Position numbers and translations under genes: made by a program. A stretch of 32,000 nt of DNA from Aulosira sp. DedQUE10 (GTDB lineage Bacteria > Cyanobacteriota > Cyanobacteriia > Cyanobacteriales > Nostocaceae), in contig JAVRCF010000017.1 of assembly GCA_034530935.1 (NCBI GenBank), positions 7,314-39,313 of the forward strand, read 5' to 3'. Shown one piece after another: positions 15,923-25,340 of this stretch. The notes under the pieces were generated by a model. The model worked only from the letters and a program-made list of their open reading frames with translations, was not told where the DNA came from and did no database searches. Position 1 is the stretch's first letter. Every line of letters starts with the position of its first letter.

Positions 15923-16618
15923 AGTGAGTTCTCCAAAAGGTTATGTTTACAGCAAGGGTTTTGACTAGGTAAATATGATGCTTTTACATCACCAAATCGG
16001 AAAAAAATGGTGTGTAAATTCTAATTAGAAAATAACCTCAAAAGACTATGATCTAGATAAGAATTTATCGAATTACAAACATATACTGCATCTATACGTG
16101 GCAAAAATTACTCATATAGTTCAGTTAGTCTTGTTTATTTTTTTGGATAAACCTCAACTCCTATTGAAGTAAAGGGATATCTAACCCAAGTGTTATTTGC
16201 ACCCTATGAAAACATAAACTAAAAAATTATTAGCAGTTCTTGTAAGAACAACCTCAAAAATAATTCCAAGATTGCTATTGATCATTTGGAAATATTTTTC
16301 TCAAAAGTGAATTAGAGAATATTTTATTAACTTGTGACTACATAAACTATTTATGGTTACTCATGCCCCATAAATAATGGACAACAGAAGTAGCAAACCT
16401 GTAACTAGCTAATCATATACCCTCAAGATAGAATTCGCTCTTAATAAATAGTCTACAGTAATTGTAATCTCGCCGTCTACTGTACAATTACGAAGATATT
16501 ATGTGGATTTGATTGAGATATTAAGTTTCCTATGTGTCACATTGGGATATTAATTAATCTACCAATATCTGATATTTTTGGGCTATGACTCAGATGTATT
16601 TTAAACAACAAAAATGCG

Positions 16619-17215
16619 CTATTTTGGGCTATTTTTTTTCAGTGCCGCATCTACGTGCTTAAATAGTATCTCCATAGATAATAAATTATCTAATACGTTA
16701 TCTGCTAAAGCAACTTTTTCTTCAATGGGCATTTGGCTAAGGATTCGAGCTTGTGCTTGCTCTTTATTTAAGTGATTACGCTGTATTAATCTTTGCATTT
16801 GTTGCGACTTAGAACAATACACTACCCAAATTTCTGTAACTAAATTAGTCATCTGCGCTTCAAACAGCAGAGGTATTACTAATACTAATGTTGGTGCAGA
16901 AGATTCCGCAATTTCATGGAGGAAGCGATCGCTTACATAAGGATGAATCAAACTCTCTACCCAATTGCGTTCCTCTGGACGATAAAAAATAATTTCCCCC
17001 AGGTTTTGACGGTTCAAGTTACCATCTGGTAGTAAAATTTCTGTGCCATAACGTTGTGCGATCGCACTCAGAATCAGTGAACCTACAGACACTGCTTCTC
17101 TGGCATAAACATCTGCATCCAAAATCGGCAGATTGTAAGCACTAGCCAAGTAATTAGCGACAGTAGTTTTACCTGTAGCAATACCTCCGGTTAAGCCGAT
17201 TATACGTTTGGTCAT
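16619..17215 (-). CDS. coaE: Dephospho-CoA kinase
   Basis: 198 aa. The P-loop IIGLTGGIATGKTTV and the overall CoaE pattern (LDADVYAREAV...) are present. Confidence 0.9.
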   Translation of the reverse strand: MTKRIIGLTGGIATGKTTVANYLASAYNLPILDADVYAREAVSVGSLILSAIAQRYGTEILLPDGNLNRQNLGEIIFYRPEERNWVESLIHPYVSDRFLHEIAESSAPTLVLVIPLLFEAQMTNLVTEIWVVYCSKSQQMQRLIQRNHLNKEQAQARILSQMPIEEKVALADNVLDNLLSMEILFKHVDAALKKNSPK

Positions 17216-17276
17216 TTGTCATTTTTACGTGTTATTGTGTCATTTTTTATTCTCCCTTCCCTTGTCCTCCCAGTTC

Positions 17277-18875
17277 CTATTCCCTATCTTTTTCCCATTT
17301 AATCAAAGCTTGGGTTAAGCCATCTAAAGTATATTCTTCCGCCTCTATATCTACTCGTCCGATTAAAGAGTGACAAGTTTTTGAAGTTTGAGGCCCAATG
17401 GAAGCAATACAGACTCCTGCTAAAACATCCGAGTTATTAGCGAATCTACTACTAATTAGTTGACAGAAAAATTGTACAGTTTTAGAACTGGCAAAAGTAA
17501 TGATATCCACTATGTGATTTTGCAGAGCTAATTCTGCGGATTGGGGGATACTACTGGGACAGCAAGATTGATATGCTGCTACTTCTATCACTTCTGCGTT
17601 CTTAGCAGTTAATTCCTTAACTAAAATTTCTCTTCCACCACTTTCAACTCTCGGAAATAAAACTTTTTTCCCCGCTAGTTCCTCCGGGAAGTTTTCCACT
17701 AAAGAATCTGCGACAAAGTTGGGGGGAATAAAATCTGGTTGCAAACCTTGCTGTTTGAGACTTTTGGCGGTTTTTTCGCCAACAACAGCAATTTTGACAT
17801 TAGCTAAGGTACGTGCATCTTTACCTCGTGCGGTCAATCTGTCAAAAAAGTAGTCTACACCATTAGTAGAGGTGAGAAATAACCACTCAAAGTCAGCTAA
17901 ATTAGCGATCGCATGATCCAACGCTTCCCAAGAAGAAGGGGGGCCAATTTCTAAAGTAGGCATTTCAATCACAGTTGCGCCTACTGCTGTAAGGCGATCG
18001 CAAAATTGGCTTGACTGTCCAACTGCACGTGTGACTAAGATTGTTTTACCACTGAGAGGAAGCTGAGGGTTCACTGGCATAATTGGAGGGCTGAAAGTTT
18101 GAGCTGTAGTTAAGTTCGCTGAGGATATTGTCTCAGGTTGTGTAGGGGCACAGCGTGCTGTGCCCTTGCGTAGCCTAACAACCTCACCAATGACAATTAC
18201 TGCTGGTGAAAGAGATAACCCAGCTGTTTGTTCAAGAATATTATCTAGTTGGGCTGTCCAAATTTGTTGATTAGGAGTACCAGCCCAGCGAATAATTGCA
18301 ATAGGTGTGAGACGCGATCGCCCTTGTTTGATCAGCCGATGTACAATCTCTGCGAGATGCTGTCCACCCATCAAGATTACTAAGGTTTCCAGCCGTGACA
18401 ACGCTTCCCAGTTTAAAGCATCTGGCTCATGGGCTGTTAACACTGCAAAACAACGGCTCAAAACTGGATCTGTCAGGGGAATAGCTGCAAGTAAAGGCGC
18501 AGCTAGGGCCGAAGAAATTCCTGGTACAACTTCAAATGCACAGCCAGATGCTTTCAAGGCTTCAATTTCAGCAGTACAGCGCCCAAAAATGAACGGATCG
18601 CCTGACTTCAGCCGCACAACTTGTTTTCCCTGCTGACAGTAACTTACTAATAACTTGTTAATCTCAGCTTGGGTTGTGCTGGGTTTACCACCACGTTTGC
18701 CTACATCTACTTTTAGGCAATCAACAGATACGCATTGCAACAATTGCTCATCTATTAAGGCATCGTATACCAACACCTGAGCTTGCTGCAAGAGATTGTA
18801 GGCTTTTACCGTTAGGTATACCACATCTCCTGGCCCGGCACCTACAAGGTAAACTTTGCCGATTGCATCAATCAT
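17277..18875 (-). CDS. cobA: Bifunctional uroporphyrinogen-III C-methyltransferase (CobA/SUMT) - uroporphyrinogen-III synthase (HemD) fusion
   Basis: 532 aa. The N-terminal half has VYLVGAGPGD...LKSGDPFIFGR...VPGISS (SUMT). The C-terminal half has GKTILVTRA...FLTSTNGV...IASIGPQT (HemD-like). The linker carries an SDR hairpin insertion. Confidence 0.85.
   Translation of the reverse strand: MIDAIGKVYLVGAGPGDVVYLTVKAYNLLQQAQVLVYDALIDEQLLQCVSVDCLKVDVGKRGGKPSTTQAEINKLLVSYCQQGKQVVRLKSGDPFIFGRCTAEIEALKASGCAFEVVPGISSALAAPLLAAIPLTDPVLSRCFAVLTAHEPDALNWEALSRLETLVILMGGQHLAEIVHRLIKQGRSRLTPIAIIRWAGTPNQQIWTAQLDNILEQTAGLSLSPAVIVIGEVVRLRKGTARCAPTQPETISSANLTTAQTFSPPIMPVNPQLPLSGKTILVTRAVGQSSQFCDRLTAVGATVIEMPTLEIGPPSSWEALDHAIANLADFEWLFLTSTNGVDYFFDRLTARGKDARTLANVKIAVVGEKTAKSLKQQGLQPDFIPPNFVADSLVENFPEELAGKKVLFPRVESGGREILVKELTAKNAEVIEVAAYQSCCPSSIPQSAELALQNHIVDIITFASSKTVQFFCQLISSRFANNSDVLAGVCIASIGPQTSKTCHSLIGRVDIEAEEYTLDGLTQALIKWEKDRE
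18146..18165. repeat. SDR-type hairpin GGGCACAGC-GT-GCTGTGCCC inside the cobA-hemD coding sequence
   Basis: A perfect 9-bp stem in the same family as 10133-10153. It is translated in frame as ...LRKGTARCAPTQ... between the two enzyme domains. Confidence 0.8.
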
Positions 18876-19001
18876 GGCTGAGATTTTTTAGTAATATTAT
18901 TTCCTTTAAATTATCCTGACAGCTATTGTGAGATAAATAGACCACGCAGTCTTAAAAATGTGATGTGCAGAACAATTACACCCTAAAATTCATCATTCAG
19001 C

Positions 19002-19325
19002 TCAATTGATTTGTGAGTTAATTTTTTGCAAAAATCGCTCAATACGCTCAACCATTTCGTTGTTCTTCTGAGCTTGAAATAACCCTCTAGCTTTTTGGAG
19101 ATTGGCAACGGCTTCATCTCGCTGGTCTTGTCTGCTAAGAGTAACCCCCAAATTATAATAAGTTAACGCAGAGTTCGGATCTAGACTCAGAGCCTTTTTG
19201 TACTGAGCGATCGCTTCTTTTGGTTTCCCTAGATTGTCAAGCGTATTACCTAAACCAGTGTAAGCCTTAATATAGCTAGGTTCTAAGCGAATGGTTTCTG
19301 TATATTCGGTTACTGCATCTTGCAC
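19002..19325 (-). CDS. TPR-repeat protein, C-terminal segment of an apparently frameshifted gene
   Basis: 107 aa with a GTG start. (V)QDAVTEYTETIRLEPS continues, in phase with the 34-aa periodicity, the TPR that the upstream ORF breaks off. Confidence 0.6.
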   Translation of the reverse strand: MQDAVTEYTETIRLEPSYIKAYTGLGNTLDNLGKPKEAIAQYKKALSLDPNSALTYYNLGVTLSRQDQRDEAVANLQKARGLFQAQKNNEMVERIERFLQKINSQIN

Positions 19326-19723
19326 CCTTGATCGTATAAAGCCCTAGCTAAATCATAGTGAGCTTCTGCATATTGTGGATCGAGGCTGATGGCTTTTTTA
19401 TATTGTGCGATCGCATCTTGCAGTTTCCCTTGATCGTACAAAGCATTTCCCAAAGCCACATAACCCACTGGATTTTTGGGTTCCAGACGAATGACTTCTT
19501 GATACTCAGCTATTGCTGCTGCCCATTTTTTTTGATTATATAGAGCATTTCCTAAGCTATAATGAGCTTCGGCATCTTGAGGCGCAAGACGGATCGCTTT
19601 TTTGTATTCTGCGATCGCTTCTTCTAAACGCTCAAGCTTTGCCAAAGCCATACCCAAATTTAAATAAGCTTCTGCATCGCTAGCATCAATTTCAAATAAT
19701 TTTTGGACACATAAAATATTCAT
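19310..19723 (-). CDS. TPR-repeat protein, N-terminal segment of an apparently frameshifted gene
   Basis: Three complete 34-aa TPRs (DAEAYLNLG..., DAEAHYSLG..., NPVGYVALG...) are followed by a fourth that stops midway (YAEAHYDLARALYDQG-CKMQ*). The ATG at 19723 is preferred over the track start at 19774. Confidence 0.6.
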   Translation of the reverse strand: MNILCVQKLFEIDASDAEAYLNLGMALAKLERLEEAIAEYKKAIRLAPQDAEAHYSLGNALYNQKKWAAAIAEYQEVIRLEPKNPVGYVALGNALYDQGKLQDAIAQYKKAISLDPQYAEAHYDLARALYDQGCKMQ

Positions 19724-19898
19724 AAAGGCACAACATTTTTGCGCCCTTACCCATCTGTCACATTCTTTTTTCAAATTTGTATAAGTATTTTCAATTTATT
19801 TTGTAAGGTACATTTGAAAATTAAAATAGTTCCTACTGTGAATTAGTTGGGAGCTAAATTCCCAACTAATCAAATACCACCAAAAAATTCGTGGATAA

Positions 19899-20053
19899 CT
19901 TATATCATGTCCGGGTAATTAGTTATGATTTCCATAGTCACTGCACCCCACCCCTTAATCCCCTCCCCGCAAGCGGGGAGGGGACACAAAGCGTCGCTTT
20001 GTTGGGGTGGGGTTCTTGAGATTTAGTAAGTAATCAAGCGGACATGATATTAA
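19899..20053. mobile_element. MITE-like element (about 155 bp) with terminal inverted repeats and nested internal hairpins
   Basis: atatcatgtccg (19902-19913) is the reverse complement of cggacatgatat (20039-20050), with imperfect extension. Inside are accccacccc...ggggtggggt and a perfect cccctccccgc-aa-gcggggagggg. Confidence 0.7.
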
Positions 20054-20112
20054 ACCCAAAAATTACAAATTATGTAGCTTGCTTCTCACCGCAGGCGAAT
20101 ATTACAAATTAG

Positions 20113-20580
20113 CTAATTGGATTTGGCGTTCATTTTAGCTAGAAGATGAGCAACTTTATCAGCCTTTTCTGGTTGACGTTGTTTCCGCAATAAATCTTGA
20201 GCTAATTGCAAATTAGTTTTAGCGGCTTCTCGCTGTTCTTGCTGCATCAGCACATTTGCCAGACGCAAGTAAGCCTGAGGATTTTTCGGACTGCGACGAA
20301 TCACATCTTCAAACCATTCTTTTGATTCCGCAATTTTCCCTTGCTGATTTAAGACATCTCCTAATAGCAAGCGCACCATGTCATTAGTAGAGTTGAGAGA
20401 AATCACTTGGCGGAAAGCGGCTTCTGCACCTTCATAGTCTTGCTCCTGATAAAGATTGACACCTTTTTGAAATAAATTCGAGGTAATCAAAGTTTTTACA
20501 GCAAAATAAATTAGTAGAGCAATACTGGAAACTACTAAAAGAATGGCAAAAATCTCAGAGGTTTGAAAAGTTTCTAGCAT
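20113..20580 (-). CDS. Membrane-anchored TPR-repeat protein
   Basis: The ATG at 20580 (MLETFQTSEIFAILLVVSSIALLIYFAV...) gives one TM helix followed by TPR-like repeats. It starts 4 nt after the HPT stop, so co-transcription is likely. Confidence 0.7.
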   Translation of the reverse strand: MLETFQTSEIFAILLVVSSIALLIYFAVKTLITSNLFQKGVNLYQEQDYEGAEAAFRQVISLNSTNDMVRLLLGDVLNQQGKIAESKEWFEDVIRRSPKNPQAYLRLANVLMQQEQREAAKTNLQLAQDLLRKQRQPEKADKVAHLLAKMNAKSN

Positions 20581-20584
20581 TTTG

Positions 20585-21517
20585 TTAAGCCAAAAGACAG
20601 GCAATGGGGAAAATCAAATATTCGATGAAAAAAAGTTTCCAGATAAATTGGTAGAATTGAGCGATCGCACTTTTTTCTTGTAAGTCCACTGCCAAACTCC
20701 GCACCCACATTATACACAGCACTACCAGATGGGTAATCACTAAGAACAGAGTGTTAACTGGTGCTAAATGTAACACACCCACTAAAATCATGCCCAAATA
20801 GCAGATAGTTAGCACCCAAAGTGCCAGATTAAATACCGCTTGCGTCCCAAGTTGGATAGTCAAAGTTCTGATATTGTACAAGCGATCGCCTTCCATATCG
20901 GGCACATCTTTAAAAATAGCGATCGCAAATGTAAACACCACAATAAATACTGTCAGCACCCATACAGTAGCTGGAATTGATGTATTTTTTTGCGCTAACC
21001 AACTAAAATGCAAAAATAGCCCTAAATTAACAATTGTCCCTCGCACCGAAAAAATACACAAAGCTGCCCAAAAAGGAAACCGCTTCAAGCGAATTGGTGG
21101 TAAAGAATAAGCAGTACCAATCGCCAAACTAATAGTTACCATCCCCAATAAAAACGGCCCAGATAGCGCCGCCACCACTAGCGCCAAAACACCAGTAATG
21201 GCAACAATTAACTGCCCTTGCTTCTGAGAAAAATCCCCTGATGCTAGCGGTAAATGAGGCTTATTAATCTTGTCAATCTCAATATCTTCTAGTTGATTCA
21301 GCCCCACAATATAAACATTGCCGCACAAACAGGCAAACCAAGCCCCTAAAACAGCTAAAAAAGAGTAATTGCTATTGCCTACAGCCACAGCAATCAAATA
21401 CAAAGCCAACACACTCAAACTCGTGCCAATAATCGTGTGTGGACGAGAAAACTGCCAAAAAGCATCAAGCCAGCGACCCCAAACACTAGGAGACTTTTGC
21501 CCAGAATACTGATTCAT
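20585..21517 (-). CDS. vte2: Homogentisate phytyltransferase (UbiA-family prenyltransferase, tocopherol pathway)
   Basis: 310 aa. FWQFSRPHTIIGTSLSV...GNVYIVGLNQLEDIEIDKINKPHLPLASGDFS...IAIFKDVPDMEGDR...FYQFIWKLFFIEYL matches, as I recall it, Synechocystis Slr1736 almost block for block. Confidence 0.85.
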   Translation of the reverse strand: MNQYSGQKSPSVWGRWLDAFWQFSRPHTIIGTSLSVLALYLIAVAVGNSNYSFLAVLGAWFACLCGNVYIVGLNQLEDIEIDKINKPHLPLASGDFSQKQGQLIVAITGVLALVVAALSGPFLLGMVTISLAIGTAYSLPPIRLKRFPFWAALCIFSVRGTIVNLGLFLHFSWLAQKNTSIPATVWVLTVFIVVFTFAIAIFKDVPDMEGDRLYNIRTLTIQLGTQAVFNLALWVLTICYLGMILVGVLHLAPVNTLFLVITHLVVLCIMWVRSLAVDLQEKSAIAQFYQFIWKLFFIEYLIFPIACLLA

Positions 21518-21574
21518 AAATAATTTTGGATGAACAAACAGCTAGTAACGCGGCGCACAAGTCAAGAGTCGGAG

Positions 21575-21594
21575 AGACGCGATTAATCGCGTCT
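21575..21594. repeat. Small dispersed hairpin repeat AGACGCGATTAATCGCGTCT
   Basis: An 8-bp stem in the same family as 6235-6256. It lies in the 137-bp spacer between the gamma-TMT and HPT genes. Confidence 0.75.
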
Positions 21595-21654
21595 GTACTC
21601 AAAAGTTATTTCTTCCTTGTCCCCTTTGTCCCGTTTTACCCATTACCCATTCCC

Positions 21655-22497
21655 CTACTTATTCCCGCACAATAACCCAAACCGAATCAACCCGCGCTGA
21701 TAACCCCGACGCATCAAACCTAGAGACAGCGCCCCAACAATCGTAGTCCAACCCGCAGTTAGTAACCCCCAAATCGCTTTGGGAGTAAATGCCGAATCAA
21801 TTACAAAATCCCAAAACGGGGCTACAGCCTTTGACCAATCATCTGTGCGAATATTTTGTAAGGACATTTGATTTGCGATCGCCGCATATTCTGGCAACGA
21901 AATCACATAAGGTAAACAATAGACCCGATAAATTTCTTGCAAGTGGTTTCGTTCATCATCTGTTAGTGGTGAATCATCAATTGGGCGATGACACCAAGTC
22001 ACCATAATCAACTTCCCACCAGGTTTCAGCACTCGGTAGCACTCTTGCATAAACTTGATTTTATTTGGCATATGTTCGCCACTTTCCAAAGACCAAACCA
22101 AGTCAAAACTATTGTCAGCAAAAGGCATTGCTTGAGCATCTGCGACCAAAAATTGACTTCTATCACTCAAATTCAGGTTTTGGGCACGTTCTTTGGCTCT
22201 AGCCGCCTGCACTGGACTCAGAGTCATCCCCGTCGCCTTAGCATGAAATTTTTCTGCCAGGTATAGAGAACTACCACCAATACCACAGCCTACATCCAAA
22301 ATATTCTCTGCTGTTTCTACCCCTGCCCAATGGAGTAGTTCCTCAATTAAATCAATTTGAGCCTGACGACGGTCTTTTTTCTCGGTACCGTCTGGCCCGT
22401 AGTAGCCGTGATGCATATGTTCACCCCAAATCTCTTCCCAAAGACCAGAGGATGCATCGTAAAACTGCTGAATTTGTTGGTACAGTGTTGTGCTCAT
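21655..22497 (-). CDS. vte4: Gamma-tocopherol methyltransferase (SAM-dependent)
   Basis: 280 aa. FYDASSGLWEEIWGEHMHHGYYGPDG...RRQAQIDLIEELL...LDVGCGIGGSSLYLA...VWSLESGEHMPNK...TWCHRPID...YCLPYVISLPEY matches, as I recall it, Slr0089-type gamma-TMT rather than the MPBQ methyltransferase. Confidence 0.85.
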   Translation of the reverse strand: MSTTLYQQIQQFYDASSGLWEEIWGEHMHHGYYGPDGTEKKDRRQAQIDLIEELLHWAGVETAENILDVGCGIGGSSLYLAEKFHAKATGMTLSPVQAARAKERAQNLNLSDRSQFLVADAQAMPFADNSFDLVWSLESGEHMPNKIKFMQECYRVLKPGGKLIMVTWCHRPIDDSPLTDDERNHLQEIYRVYCLPYVISLPEYAAIANQMSLQNIRTDDWSKAVAPFWDFVIDSAFTPKAIWGLLTAGWTTIVGALSLGLMRRGYQRGLIRFGLLCGNK

Positions 22498-22741
22498 GAA
22501 GAAAGCAGTGTTATGACAAAGCAGAACTTAAATAAACCTACTCGTAGGCTACCATGTGTGTTTTTAATTAAATAAGGGTATTTCTGCTTCCAAGGAGGGG
22601 AAAGCCCATTTATACCGCTAGAGGACAAATAATTAACTGAACTGTAAACGGCTGTAAAATATTGGAATTGATACAGTCAGCATCTAAGATTCTCAGTTAT
22701 TGAGAATTTTTTCATTTGGAATTTGGAATTTTGAATTATTT

Positions 22742-24076
22742 ATGACTGTTGCTCGAACAATTTGCTTAGGATTTTTGGCGGTCATTACTGTGGGTACTAT
22801 CCTACTGATGATGCCTTTTTCCACTACTAGTGGTAATTGGAATGATCCAATTGTGGCGCTGTTCACCTCCACATCCGCAGTTTGTGTGACTGGTTTATCA
22901 GTAGTTGATCCTGGGACTTATTTTTCCTTCTGGGGTCAGTTTTTTATGGCGCTGTTAGTCCAGATTGGTGGTTTGGGCTACATGACAACCACCACCTTTC
23001 TGATTTTGCTAATTGGGCGCAAGTTTGACTTAAGAGACAAAATTGCAATTCAACAAGCTTTAGACCGACCAGGAATGAGCGGTAGTACCCAAGTTATTCG
23101 CTCTATCATTGCTACTACCTTAATCTTTGAAATCACTGGTGTATTCTTACTACTACCCGCATTTGTACCAGATCATGGCTGGAATCAAGGGCTATGGCTA
23201 GCAATTTTTCATAGTATTAATTCTTGGAATAATGCAGGTTTTAGCCTTTTCAAAGATAATTTAATTGGCTATCAGTCATCGGCTCTAGTTGTATTTACCG
23301 TTTCAGGATTAATTATTTTTGGTGGGATTGGGTACCAGGTGATTTTAGAAATGTACTTCTGGTTACGCGATCGCTGGCTCAAAAAAACAACTCGCCAAGT
23401 ATTTTCGCTGGATTTTAAAGTTGCTACTAGCACAACTTTAATACTTTTGTTTATTGGTGTTATTGCCTTTTTAGCTATTGAGTTTAGAAACCCGCAAACC
23501 TTTGGCGGCATGAGGTTAAGTGACAAATTATTGTTAGCTTGGTTTCAATCAGTCACTCCTAGAACTGCTGGTTTTAACACCATTGATATCGGCAAGATGA
23601 CAACTGCTGGTTTATTTATCACAATTGCACTGATGTTTATTGGTGCTAGCCCAGGCGGTACAGGTGGGGGAATGAAAACTACAACTCTGAGAGTTCTCAC
23701 CAGTTGTACCCAATCAATTCTGCAAGGTAAAGAAGAAGTTTTATTATATGAACGCAAGATAGCAATATCTTTAATTCTCAAAGCTGTTGGTGTGTTAGTT
23801 GCTTCTGTTGCTACTGTAATTTTATCAACAGTTTTAATTGCCCTCACAGATCCAAATTTAGATTTCATTCAAATTTTGTTTGAAGTAGTATCTGCGTTTG
23901 CTACAGTCGGTCTTTCAACTGGAATAACCGGAACTGTCTCAACCGCCGCTAAGCTGATATTAATTGCCACAATGTATATCGGACGAGTAGGTGTTTTACT
24001 TCTCATGTCTGCTATACTCGGAGACCCACGCCCTACTAGGATTCACTACCCTGAAGAAAATTTATTAGTCGGATAG
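22742..24076 (+). CDS. ktrB: K+ transporter membrane subunit KtrB (TrkH/KtrB family)
   Basis: The ATG at 22742 (MTVARTICLGFLAVIT...) is preferred over the track TTG at 22700. It is polytopic with repeated pore-loop glycine motifs (TSAVCVTGLS, NNAGFS, RTAGFN, ATVGLSTG). Confidence 0.85.
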   Translation: MTVARTICLGFLAVITVGTILLMMPFSTTSGNWNDPIVALFTSTSAVCVTGLSVVDPGTYFSFWGQFFMALLVQIGGLGYMTTTTFLILLIGRKFDLRDKIAIQQALDRPGMSGSTQVIRSIIATTLIFEITGVFLLLPAFVPDHGWNQGLWLAIFHSINSWNNAGFSLFKDNLIGYQSSALVVFTVSGLIIFGGIGYQVILEMYFWLRDRWLKKTTRQVFSLDFKVATSTTLILLFIGVIAFLAIEFRNPQTFGGMRLSDKLLLAWFQSVTPRTAGFNTIDIGKMTTAGLFITIALMFIGASPGGTGGGMKTTTLRVLTSCTQSILQGKEEVLLYERKIAISLILKAVGVLVASVATVILSTVLIALTDPNLDFIQILFEVVSAFATVGLSTGITGTVSTAAKLILIATMYIGRVGVLLLMSAILGDPRPTRIHYPEENLLVG

Positions 24077-24324
24077 TTTGAGTCAATAAATAGATAAAGA
24101 TGTGGCGATAATAAATAATGTACAACCTGATACAATTTACACTGTCAGTTAAAAATTTATTTTTTCATCTGTAGAAAATTTAATTTGCGCCTGTTTCTAG
24201 ACAGGATTATTGAAGGTAGGCATCTTGCCCACCCTCATGATGCGAGTTCAAAGTACATTAGCTTACCCAAGCTAGTATAAATTTTTCCCATTAACACAGG
24301 ATGTACTAATAAAGGATAGTAATT

Positions 24325-25020
24325 GTGAATCTGTCAGCCTTAAGTTTTTTTCGCAGCTTACGTAAAGACAACCAACAATTTGCAGTGATTGGTTTAGGTC
24401 GTTTTGGTCGTTCTGTATGTTCCACACTGCATAAATTAGGTTATGAAGTATTGGCAACAGATATTGATGAAAGGCGAGTATCAGAAGCACTGATGGAGCA
24501 TATAGTGGGTCATGCGTTACAGCTAGACTCCACAGAACCAGCGGCACTCAAAGAAGCCGGAATTTTTGAATTTGATACTGTGATCGTGGCTATCGGTAAC
24601 TATGTCCAAGAAAGTATCATCACTACCCTGAATGTCAAAGAGGGGGGTGTACCTCATGTAGTTGCCAAAGCTTCTAGCGAAGTTCACCAGAAGCTGTTGA
24701 AACGAGTGGGAGCAGATCATGTGGTTTTCCCAGAATACGAAGCAGGTTGTGCCCTTGCACGTACACTTACTAAACCATCCATCCTAGAGCGTTTTGATCT
24801 CGATCCAGATAATAGTATTGTAGAGTTGATTGTACCTGACGAATTTCACGCTAAAACCATCACTGAACTGCAATTGCGTAACCGCTATGGCTTGAATTTG
24901 CTGGCGGTGAGCCAGGATGGTAAATTTATCATTAATCCTGATCCCACCAAACGTTTGGAGCGTGGTTCAGCGATGGTAGTTATTGGACACAATAAAGATA
25001 TTAATCGCTTACCAATTTGA
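24325..25020 (+). CDS. ktrA: K+ transporter peripheral NAD-binding subunit KtrA (RCK/TrkA-N + TrkA-C)
   Basis: 231 aa with a GTG start. It has the Rossmann motif FAVIGLGRFGRSV and a C-terminal TrkA-C-like segment. It lies 248 bp downstream of ktrB. Confidence 0.85.
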   Translation: MNLSALSFFRSLRKDNQQFAVIGLGRFGRSVCSTLHKLGYEVLATDIDERRVSEALMEHIVGHALQLDSTEPAALKEAGIFEFDTVIVAIGNYVQESIITTLNVKEGGVPHVVAKASSEVHQKLLKRVGADHVVFPEYEAGCALARTLTKPSILERFDLDPDNSIVELIVPDEFHAKTITELQLRNRYGLNLLAVSQDGKFIINPDPTKRLERGSAMVVIGHNKDINRLPI

Positions 25021-25340
25021 TTGACAATATCAACTTTGTCCGCAAGCTGAAGTCAAAAGTTTCTCAAAAGATCGACATTGCTCAGCAATTATCAAGCTAG
25101 TTGCACCATGAATATTGACAATTATTTAATTGAATAGTTCATCTTGTGAAAACAATTAAGTATAACTACTAATTGACAAAATTAGTATAGTTTTAATATT
25201 CCATAAAATCTCATGACTGGTTGTTGCTTACAGGTAAGATCTACCTATTTCTGCCCTAGTTAGTCATTCTCACTGTCACCTCAAATGTAGTAACTTATCT
25301 ATAACAATCCGATTTGATTTTTGAAAAAATCTAAGTATTG

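Noticed and set aside
21789-22575. Plus-strand ORFs of 72-92 aa
   Set aside because: They are antisense shadows within, or overlapping, the gamma-TMT gene and its upstream region.
23272-23868. Minus-strand ORFs of 84 and 107 aa
   Set aside because: They are antisense shadows within ktrB.
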